Shown one piece after another: positions 49,388 to 61,300 of a stretch of 64,000 nt of DNA. Numbering within the stretch: position 1 is the first letter of the stretch; every line of letters begins with the position of its first letter. The notes under the pieces were generated by a model that was not told the origin of the DNA, did no database searches, and saw nothing but the letters and a program-made list of their open reading frames with translations. This stretch comes from Leucoraja ocellata (Eukaryota), in NCBI GenBank assembly GCA_036785375.1, contig JAWMAR010000508.1, positions 1,178,001 through 1,242,000 of the forward strand, written 5' to 3'. A program made the translations under genes and the position numbers.

Positions 49388-52300
49388 ACCGGAGAGTCGG
49401 AGGCTCCAACGGCAGGTCTGTGGACGGTGGCGCCGGGAGCCCGCGGCTCCCTGGAGGGAGACCGCTTTTCAGGGCTCTCGCAACGGCGACTTCCCCCGCC
49501 CGAGTTGCGGGGTTGAAGAGCTCCTGGAGCGGGGCCTGACATCACCGCCCCGCGCGGCTTGGAATGGCCGCGGGACTCTGCGAGCGCACGCCGGGGGCTC
49601 TAACAGCAAGACCCGGTGTGCGACCTCGCACCACCCGGCGTGGCTTTAATGGCCGCGGGACAATTGCCATCGCCAGCCGGGGGCTTTGACTTTGACTCTG
49701 ACATCGTGGGGGGGGAGAGTGCAGTGGAGAGATAAGTTTTTTTGGCCTTCCATCACAATGATGTGATGGATGTTTATGTAAATTATGTTGTGTTGTTGTG
49801 TCTTGGGTCTATTTGTTTGTAATGTATGGCTGCAGAAACGGCATTTCGTTTGGACCTCAAGGGGTCCAAATGACAATTAAATGTATCTTGTATCTTGTAT
49901 CTTGTATCTTGTATTCACATACCCAGAGGAAACAAAAAACGTTGCTCAACCAGTGTCCGTTCAGTGTGCAGTGCAAATAGCAACAAGTAAATACAAATAA
50001 AAATACATATATCATGAACAAATTAAATTAAACACTCTACTCTCTACTAAACATCAACAGGCGTTCTGATCGACAGCTGCTGCAGTGTGTCCAGGTTGGT
50101 GGTTGGTGCGCGATACTTTGGCAGGGGGCAAAGTCCGTTTATCAGTCTTATAGCCTGCGGGAAGAAGCTGAGGAGCATCCTGCTGGTTTTGCAGCTAATG
50201 CTCCTGTACCTCTTCCCAGATGGCAGGATGGAGAATATGTGATGCGATGGGTGGTAGGGGTCTTTGATGATGGAGATGGCTCTGCTGATACATCTCTTCC
50301 TGTATATGTCCAGCAGGAAAGGGAGTGGAGCACCATTAATCCTGCTGGCGGTCTTCACAATCCTGTCAAGTTGGTGCCATTCGCTCGCCTTGCAGCTCCC
50401 GAACCAGGAAGAGATGCCGTAGGTTAATGTGCTCTCGACTGTCCCCCTATAAAAAGATCGTAGATGTGTAGTGGGGAGACCTGCTTTACGTAGTCTTCGG
50501 AGAGGGTGTAGTCACTGCTGGGCTCTCTTGACCAGTGCTGTGGTGTTGGTCGTGGACATCAGGTCATCTGACAGGTGGAGTCCTAGGAACTTCACGCTGC
50601 TGACCCTTTCCACATCAGCTCCATCGATGTGCAGAGGTGTATGGTGTTGTTTTCCCGCCCTCCTGAAGTCAACCACCATCTCCTTAGTTTCTCCGCCACA
50701 GAAGGCAGTGATGGCCAATTCATTGGGTTTTTCCTCAAGAGAGGGTTAGATTTATGATATGATATGCCATTTATTGTCACTATACATGTACAATGAAATT
50801 AAAAGCAGCTCATACTCAGTGCATACATATAATTTAGTACAAATAACAACAAACAGAAAACAAAACAAAGAGGGAGGAGGGGGGGGATAGGTGTACAATT
50901 CTGCGGCGCTATATACATATCTATAAAGGCAAAATGGTGAAGGAGATGTTTAAAGATTATATTAAATATTAAAAATGTTTTTAAAAAATATTAAAAATTA
51001 CCGTTACAATACACATTACAGTTCCAAATTTCATTACGTGGATATAATAGATGGAAGTCCGGGTGTTGGGCTGTGAAGTCAGTGCATGTGTGAATTAAGA
51101 GTAGTTATAATTTTCGGAAAACAACTATTCCTGAGTCTATTTGTCCTAGATTTGATGCACCTATAGCGCCTCCCAGAGGGCAGCAGGTCGCACAGTCCAA
51201 ACGCAGGATGGGAGCTGTCCTTGATGATATTCTTTGCCCTGCTAAGGCAGCGGGAGGTGTAAATATCCATCAGGGAGGGGAGAGGGCAGCCAATGATCCT
51301 CTGCGCTGTCCTGGTTACCCTCTGAAGCCTCTCCCTGTCTGCCATGGTGCAGCTGCCATACCATGCTGTCATGCAGTATGTCAGCAGGCTCTCGATGGAC
51401 GAGCGGTAGAAGGTCAGCAGCAGGTTGGAGTCCAGGTTGTGCTTCCTGAGGACCCTCAGGAAGTGCAGCCGCTGCTGAGCCTTCTTGATGACCGCTGTCG
51501 TGTTGTCTGTCCAGGAGATATCAGCAGAGATAAGGACGCCGAGAAACCGGAAGGTGTTGACCCTCTCCACACACTCGCCGTTGATGTGTAGGGGGGCTAA
51601 GTCGGTGCTGTGCCTCCTGAAGTCGACAATGAGCTCTTTTGTTTTCCTGGTGTTCAGAGCCAGATTGTTTTCTGAGCACCAGGTTGTCAACTTCAGGACT
51701 TCCTCTCTGTAGGCTGCCTCGTCTCCCTAGCTCTTAGGGCTAAAGGAATCAAGGGATATGTGGAATCAGCTGGAATGGGGTACAGATTTTAGATCAGCCA
51801 TGATCTCACCGCCAGGCCCCAGGTAGTCAAGATGGGAGTGAATACATCGGAATCCCTCACCCTGAGCACAGGATCGCCCCAGGGTTGCGTCCTCAGCCCC
51901 CTATTGTACTCCCTGTACACACATGACTGTGTGGCTAGGTTCAGCTCCAATTCAATAATTAAGTTTGCTGATGACACTGTGGTGGTGGGCCTGATCTCAG
52001 ACAATGATGAGAAGGCCTACCGGGAGGAGGTGGCTGATCTAGCACTCTGGTGCCAGGATAACAGCCTCCTCTTGAACATCAAAAAAACAAAGGAGCTGAT
52101 CATGGACTTTAGGAGGGCACATCATCCGAGGACGTACACTCCATTGAGGATAAATGGGGATCCTGTGGATAGGGTGAACTGTTTTAAATATCTGGGAGTC
52201 CACATCTCCGAGGATATGACATGGGCATCACACGCCTCAGCACTCGTGAGTAAGGCAAGGCAGCGCCTTTACCACCTCAGGCAATTGAGGACATTCAGAG

Positions 52301-55300
52301 TGTCTCCGAGGATCCTCCAGTGCTTCTACGCAGCGGCGGTGGAAAGCATCTTGTCCGGGAACATTACCATCTGGTTTGGGAATTGCTCTGCCAAGGACAA
52401 GAAGGCTCTGCAGAGAGTAGTGCGTTCGGCTGAACGCACTATGGGAACTTCACTCCCCCCCTGCAGGAACTATACAACAGGAGGTGCAACTCCAGAGCAA
52501 ATAAAATCATGGGAGACCCCTTCCACCCCTGCAACGGACTGTTCCAGCTGCTACGGTCAGGCAAACGCCTCCGTTGCCATACGGTGAGAACGGAGAGGTT
52601 GAGGAGGAGTTTCTTCCCAGAGGCAATTCGGACTGTAAACGCCTATCTCACCAGGGACTAACTCTACAGAACGTTTTTCCTTCCATTATTTATTATGTAA
52701 AAGAATATGTGTGTTATGATTGTGTTTATAGTTTGTTTGGTTGTTTTGTTGTTTGTCTTTTGCACAAAAGTCCGCGAGCATTGCCACTTTCATTTCACTG
52801 CACATCTCGTATGTGTATGTGACAAATAAACTTGACTTGACTTGACTTGATCATATTGAATGGCGACGCTGGCTTGAAGGGCCGAATGGCGGACTCCTGC
52901 ATCTATTTTTCTATGTTTCTAGGAGATCAAACGCAAAATGCTGGACAAGCAGCATCTCTGGAGAGAAGGAACTGTCCTCTCTGCCTCAATCACTGCCCTT
53001 GGCAGTGTGTTGCAGATGCTGTCTATTGTCTGTTCAAAAGTTGATCAGGGAGAACAAAAAACCATCAGTCTGAAGAAGGGTCTCGCCCCAAAACGTCACC
53101 CATTCCCTCTCTCTAGTGTTGCTGCCTGTCCCAGCTGAGTTACTCCAGCATTTAGTGTCCATCTTCAGTAAACGGGACTGGTCCAAACATAGAAACATAG
53201 AAATTAGGTGCAGGAGTAGAGGCCATTCGGCCCTTCGAGCCTGCACCATTCACCATTCAATATGATCATGGCTGATCATCCAACTCAGTATCCCGTACCT
53301 GCCTTCTCTCCATACCCCCTGATCCCTTTAGCCACAAGGGGCCACATCTAACTCCCTCTTAAACATAGCCAATGAACTGTGGCCTCAACTACCTTCTGCG
53401 GCAGAGAGTTCCAGAGTTTCACCACTCTCTGTGTGAAAAAAGTTCTTCTCATCTCGGTTTTAAAGGATTTCCCCCTTATCTTTTTTTGTGGATATTTTGG
53501 GATACAGTGTAGAAACAGGCCCTTCAGCCTAACTTGCCTACACCGGCCAACATGTCCCAGCTACACTAGTCCCACCTGCCCGCATTTGGTCCATATCCCT
53601 CCAAACCTGTCCTATCCATGTACCTGTCTTACCGTTTCTTAAACGTTGGGATAGTCCCAGCCTCAACTACCTCCTCTGGCAGCTCGTTCCATACCCTTTG
53701 TGTGCAAAATGTTACCCCTCAGATTCCTATTAAATCTTTTCCCCTTTACCTTAAACCTATGTCCTCTGGTCCTCGATTCATCTACTCTGCGCAAGATATG
53801 CTGTGTATAACCATATAACCATATAACAATTACAGCACGGAAACAGGCCATCTCGGCCCTTCTAGTCCGTGCCGAACACATAATCTCCCCTAGTCCCATA
53901 TACCTGCGCTCAGACCATAACCCTCCATTCCCTTCCCATCCATATAACTATCCAATGTATTTTTAAATGATAAAACGAACCTGCCTCCACCACCTTCACT
54001 GGAAGCTCATTCCACACAGCCACTACTCTCTGAGTAAAGAAGTTCCCCCTCATGTTACCCCTAAACTTCAGTCCCTTAATTCTCATGTCATGTTCCCCCT
54101 GTCTATCCCTCTCGTCATTTTAAAAACCTCTATCAAGTCCCCCTTAACCTTCTGCGCTCCAGAGAATAAAGACCTAACTTGTTCAACCTTTCTCTGTAAC
54201 TTAGTTGCTGAAACCCAGGCAACATTCTAGTAAATCTCCTCTGTACTCTCTCTATCTCCCCGATCTATTCCTGTCATGATTTTATACACTTCAATAAGAT
54301 CACCCCTTATTCTGATGCGCTTAAGGGAATAGCGTCGCAGCCGACTCAACCTCTCCCTAGAGCTCAGACCCCCCAGTCCTGGCAACACCTCGTAAATCTT
54401 CTCTGTTCCCTTTCCAGCATGACAACATAATAATGATCAAACGCAAAATGCTGGCGTAGACTCAGTGTGACAGGCATCATCTCTGGAGAGAAGGAAGTCC
54501 TCTCTGCCTCAATCACTGCCCTTGGCAGTGTGTTGCAGATGCTGTCCATGGTCTGTTTAAAAGTTGAGCAGGGAGAACAAAAATCAGTCTGAAGAAGGGT
54601 CTCGCCACAAAACGTCACCCATTCCCTCTCTCTAGTGTTGCTGCCTGTCCCAGCTGAGTTACTCCAGCATTTCGTGTCCATCTTCAGTAAACGGGGCTGG
54701 TTCAAGAACGCTGAGGCCTTGTACATGGAAGGACAGAGCTTTGTGAGAAGACCCGCTTCTTTAACATTCAGCAAGATGTTGCAGATCTGCCGTGTGCCGG
54801 GCCAACAGGGTAAGGCTGCAGACACCAACAGGATCAACATAGAAACATAGAAATTAGGTGCAGGAGTAGGTCATTCGGCCCTTCGAGCCTGCACCATTCG
54901 CCATTCAATATGATCATGGCTGATCATCCAACTCAGTATCCCGTACCTGCCTTCTCTCCATACCCCCTGATCCCCTTAGCCACAAGGGCCACATCTAACT
55001 CCCTCTTAAATATAGCCAATGAACTGGCCTCAACTACCCTCTGTGGCAGAGAGTTCCAGAGATTCACCACTCTCTGTGTGAAAAAAGTTCTTCTCATCTC
55101 GGTTTTAAAGGATTTCCCCCTTATCCTTAAGCTGTGACCCCTTGTCCTGGACTTCCCCAACATCGGGAACAATCTTCCTGCATCTAGCCTGTCCAACCGC
55201 TTAAGAATTTTGTAAGTTTCTATAAGATCCTCTCTCAATCTCCTAAATTCTAGAGAGTATAAACCAAGTCTATCCAGTCTTTCTTCATAAGACAGTCCTG

Positions 55301-58300
55301 ACATCCCAGGAATCAGTCTGGTGAACCGCCTCTGCACTCCCTCACACCAACAGGATCAACATAGAAACATAGAAAATAGGTGCAGGAGTAGGTCATTCGG
55401 CCCTTCACCGCCATTCAATATGATCATGGCTGATCATCCAACTCAGTATCCCGTACCTGCCTTCTCTCCATACCCTCTGATCCCCTTAGCCACAAGGGCC
55501 ACATCTAACTCCCTCTTAAATATAGGCAACTGAACCATCGTAGCACAATTTGAGAGCAGTCCTGAACTACTATCAACCTCATTGGAAACCCTCGGACTAT
55601 TTTTGATCGGACTTTGCTGGCTTTAGCTTGAACTAAACGTTATTCCCTTATCATGTATCTGTACACTGTGGACGGCTCGATTGTAATCATGTCTTGTCCT
55701 TCCGCTGGCCGAATAGCACGCAACAAAAGCTTTTCACTGTACCTCGCTACACGGGACAATAAACTGAACCAGGGGTGGGGAACCTGCAGCCTTATTGCCG
55801 CATGCGACCTTCTAGGTAATTAAAAAGATTCAACGAAATAATCCTATATCTAATTGAATTTTTTTGGATGCGGCCTGATTTAGATTACATAGAAACATAG
55901 AAAATAGGTGCAGGAGTAGGCCATTCGGCCCTTCGAGCCTGCACCGCCATTCAATATGATCATGGCTGATCATCCAACTCAGTATCCTGTACCTGCCTTC
56001 TCTCCATACCCCCTGATCCCTTTAGCCACAACTAACTCCCTCTTAAATGTAGCCAATGAACTGTGGCCTCAACTACCTTCTGTGGTAGAGAGTTCCACAG
56101 ATTCACCACTCTCTGTGTGTGAAAAAAATGTTTTTCTCATCTCGGTCCTAAAAGATTTCCTCCTTATCCTTAAACTGTGACCCCTTGTCCTGGACTTCCC
56201 CAACATCGGGAACAATCTTCCTGCATCTAGCCTGTCCAACCCCTTAAGAATTTTGTAAGTTTCCATAAGATCCCCCCTCAATCTTCTAAATTCTAGCGAG
56301 TACAAGCCGAGTCTATCCAGTCTTTCTTTATATGAAAGTCCTGACATCCCAGGAATCAGTCTGGTGAACCGTCTCTGCACTCCCTCTATGGCAAGAATGT
56401 CTTTCCTCAGATTTGGAGACCAAAACTGTACGCAATACTCCAGGTGTGGTCTCACCAAGACCCTGTACAACTGCAGTAGAACCTCTCTGCTCCTATACTC
56501 AAATCCTTTTGCTATGAATGCTAACATACCATTCGCTTTCTTCACTGCCTGCTGCACCTGCATGCCTACTTTCAATGACTGGTGTACCATGACACCCAGG
56601 TCTCGCTGCATCTCCCCTTTTCCTAATCGGCCGCCATTCAGATAATAGTCTGCTTTCATGTTTTTGCCACTAAAGTGGATAACCTCACATTTATCCACAT
56701 TATACTGCATCTGCCATGCATTTGCCCACTCACCCAGCCTATCCAAGTCACCTTGCAGTCTCCTAGCATCCTCCTCACAGCTAACATTGCCCCCCAACTT
56801 TGAGTCATCCGCAAACTTGGAGATGTTGCATTTAATTCCCTTATCCAGATCATTAATATATATTGTATTAATATATATGTAGTAATATATACTGTAATTT
56901 ACTGTCCAACCCCTTAAGAATTTTGTACGTTTCTATAAGATCCCTCCTCAATCTTCTAAATTCTAGCGAGTACAAGCCGAGTCTATCCAGTCTTTCTCCA
57001 GACTGATTCCTGGGATGTCAGGACTGTCTTATGAAGAAAGACTGGATGGACTTATAACCATATAACCATATAACAATTACAGCACGGAACAGGCCATCTC
57101 GGCCCTACAAGTCCATGCCGAACAAATTTTTTTCCCCTTAGTCCCACCTGTCTGCACTCGTACCATAACCCTCCATTCCCTTCTCATCCATATGCCTATC
57201 CAATTTATTTTTAAATGATACCAATGAACCTGCCTCCACCACTTCCACTGGGAGCTCATTCCACACCGCTACCACTCTCTGCGTAAAGAAGTTCCCCCTC
57301 ATATACCCCCTAAACTTCTGTCCCTTAATTCTGAAGTCATGTCCTCTCGTTTGAATCTTCCCTATTCTCAAAGGGAAAAGCTTGTCCACATCAACTCTGT
57401 CTATCCCTCTCATCATTTTAAAGACCTCTATCAGGTCCCCCCTTAACCTTCTGCGCTCCAGAGAATAAAGACCTAACTTATTCAACCTCTCTCTGTAACT
57501 TAGTTGTTGAAACCCAGGCAACATTCTAGTAAATCTCCACTGTACTCTCTCTATTTTGTTGACATCCTTCCTATAATTTGGCGACCAAAATTGTACCCCA
57601 TACTCCAGATTTGGTCTCACCAATGCCTTGTACAATTTTAACATTACATCCCAGCTTCTATACTCAATGCTCTGATTTATAAAGGCTAGCATACCAAAAG
57701 CTTTCTTTACCACCATATCTATATGAGATTCCACCTTCAAGGAACTATGCACGGTTATTCCCAGATCCCTCTGTTCAACTGTATTCTTCAATTCCCTACC
57801 ATTTACCATGTACGTCCTATTTTGATTTGTCCTGCCAAGGTGTAGCACCTCACATTTATCAGCATTAAACTCCATCTGCCATCTTTCAGCCCATTTTTCC
57901 AAATGGCCTAAATTTAGGAGATTGAGAGGGGATCTTATAAAAACTTACAAAATTCTTAAGGGGTTGGACATGCTAAATGCAGGAAGATTGTTCCCGATGT
58001 TAGGGAAGTCCAGGACAAGGGGTCACAGCTTAAGGATAAGGGGGAAATCCTTTAAAACCGAGATGAGAAGAACTTTTTTCACACAGAGAGTGGTGAATCT
58101 CTGGAACTCTCTGCCACAGAGGGTAGTCGAGGCCACAGTTCATTGGCTATATTTAAGAGGGAGTTAGATGTGGCCCTTGTGGCTAAGGGGATCAGAGGGT
58201 ATGGAGAGAAGGCAGGTACGGGATACTGAGTTGGGATGATCAGCCATGATGATATTGAATGGCGAATGGTGCAGGCTCGAAGGGCCGAATGGCCTCTACT

Positions 58301-61300
58301 CCTGCACCTAATTTCTATGTTTCTATGTTTCTATGTAGCCTTTCCTGCTTGACAACACATTTCCTATATTCCTCTCTCCTCTTCTAAGATGAGGAAGATT
58401 AGATAACATTATTGGAAGCATTGTGTGCAGTTCTGGTCACCACATTGCAGGAAGGATGTGGTGAGGGTGTAGAATGTAGCCTGGATTAGGCAGGCGGCAT
58501 GACTCTCGTCAGCAGCGGCCTCTGCAGCCTGACTGCGTTTTTATTATTTTTTGTCTATGTTTTTATGTAGTTTTTGTTATTTTGCAATCTTCGGGAGCAA
58601 TCTTCCTGCATCTAGCCTGTCCAACCCCTTAAGAATTTTGTAAGTTTCTATAAGATCCCCTCTCAATCACCTAAATTCTAGAGAGTATAAACCAAGTCTA
58701 TCCAGTCTTTCTTCATAAGACAGTCCTGACATCCCAGGAATCAGTCTGGTGAACCTTCTCTGCACTCCCTCTAGGGCAATAATGTCCTTCCTCAGATTTG
58801 GAGACCAAAACTGTGTGCAATACTCCAGGTGTGGTCTCACCAAGACCCTGTACAACTGCAGTAGAACCTCCCTGCTCCTATACTCAAATCCTTTTGCAAT
58901 GAAAGCTAACATACCATTCGCTTTCTTCACTGCCTGCTGCACCTGCATGCCTACTTTCAATGACTGGTGTACCATGACACCCAGGTCTCGCTGCATCTCC
59001 CCTTTTCCTAGTCGGCCACCATTTAGATAATAGTCTGCTTTCCTGTTTTTGCCACCAAAATGGATAACCTCACATTTATGATGTTTTGAGGGGATATGTC
59101 AGTCTGTGTCTACTCACATTCTACAGTGAGGGTCACATTCCTCTCTGCTGTCCCGTGTTGATTCTCTGCCACACACTGATAGACCCCAGCATCCTGCCAT
59201 GTCAGCTGAGGGAACTCCATCCACAGCTCGTTGTTGGAACGTGTTGTGTTCAGGGTGTCACCGAGATGTCTCCACGTCAGGTTAGATGCTGGGAAACTCT
59301 GGACGGAGCAGCGAATCGCTGCAGAGTTTCCTTCCTTTACACTGACCCAGGAACTGTTCACGTCGTCGGGGAAAGTGAGCGAGAGATTCCGCGGGGCATC
59401 TAAAGATAAACAAAGGTTTAAACGTGTGTTCGCATGGCAGAGTTCGACGTGTCAAACAAGACAATACGGAGAGAAAAGATGCAGTATGGATGCGACTAGT
59501 CTCGACCCGAAACCCTTATCTAAATGGTGGCCGACTAGGAAAAGGGGAGATGCAGCGAGACCTGGGTGTCATGGTACACCGGTCATTGAAAGTAGGCAGG
59601 TTACACAAAAAAGCTGGAGAAACTCAGCGGGTGCAGCAGCATCTATGGAGCGAAGGAAATAGGCAACGTTTCGGGCCGAAACCCTTCTTCTGAAGAAGGG
59701 TTTCGGCCCGAAACGTTGCCTATTTCCTTCGCTCCATAGATGCTGCTGCACCCGCTGAGTTTCTCCAACTTTTTTGTGTAACCTTCGATTCTCCAGCATC
59801 AGCAGTTCCCTCTTAAACATTGAAAGTAGGCATGCAGGTGCAGCAGGCAGTGAAGAAAACCAATGGTATGTTAGCTTTCATAGCAAAAGGATTTGAGTAT
59901 AGGAGCAGGGAGGTTCTACTGCAGTTATACAGGGTCTTGGTGAGACCACACCTGGAGTATTGCGTACAGTTTTGGTCTCCTAATATGAGGAAGGACATTC
60001 TTGCAATAGAGGATTTGATTATAGGAGCAGGGAGGTTCTACTGCAATTGTACAGGGTCTTGGTGAGACCACACCTGGAGTATTGCGTACGGTTTTGGTCT
60101 CCAAATCTGAGGAAGGACATTATTGCCATAGAGGGAGTGCAGAGAAGGTTCACCAGACTGATTCCTGGGATGTCAGGACTGTCTTATGAAGAAAGACTGG
60201 ATAGACTTGGTTTATACTCTCTAGAATTTAGGAGATTGAGAGGGGATCTTATAGAAACTTACAAAATTCTTATGGGGTTGGACAGGCTAGATGCAGGAAG
60301 ATTGCTCCCGATGTTGGGGAAGTCCAGGGACAAGGGGTCACAGCTTAAGGATAAGGGGGAAATCCTTTAAAACCAAGATGAGAAGAACTTTTTTCACACA
60401 GAGAGTGCTGAATCTCTGGAACTCTCTGCCACAGAGGGTAGTCGAGGCCACAGTTCATTGGCTATATTTAAGAGGGAGTTAGATGTGGCCCTTGTGGCTA
60501 AGGGGATCAGGGGTATGGAGAGAAGGCAGGTACAGGATACTGAGTTGGATGATCAGCCATGATCATATTGAATGGCGAATGGTGCAGGCTCAAAGGGCCT
60601 AATGGCCTACTCCTGCACCTAATTTCTATGTTTCTATGTTTGGAGGGATATGGGCCAAACGTGGGCAAGTGGGACTCTTTAAAACTGGGACATGTAGGCC
60701 GTTGAAAGCAAGTTGAGCCGAAGGGCCTGTGATCACCCTCTATCACTATGATTCCAAGGCTCTATGAGAAGGCAGGAGAATGGGGTTAGGAGGGAGAGAT
60801 AGATCAGCCATGATTGAATGGTGGAGTAGACGGCCATTCGGCCCTCTAATTCTGCTTCTATCATATATGACCTTATGATGATTTGAGGGGATATGTCACA
60901 TATCTACTCACATTCTACAGTGAGGGTCACATCCCTCTCTGCTGTCCCGTGTTGATTCTCTGCCACACACTGATAGACCCCAGCATCCTGCCGTGTCAGC
61001 TGAGGGAACTCCATCCACAGCTCGTTGTTGGAACGTGTTGTGTTCAGCGTGTCACCGAGATGTCTCCACGTCAGGTTAGATGCTGGGAAACTCTGGACGG
61101 AGCAGAGGATCACTGCAGAGTTTCCTTCCTTTACACTGACCCAGGAACTGTTCACGTCATCGGGGGAAGTGATTGAGAGATTCCGCGGGGCATCTAAAGA
61201 TAATAATAATAATAATAATAATTTTATTTATAGAGCATTTTAAAAACAAACATAGTTGCAACAAAGTGCTGTACATCACTAATCATTGAGAAAAAAGTTA

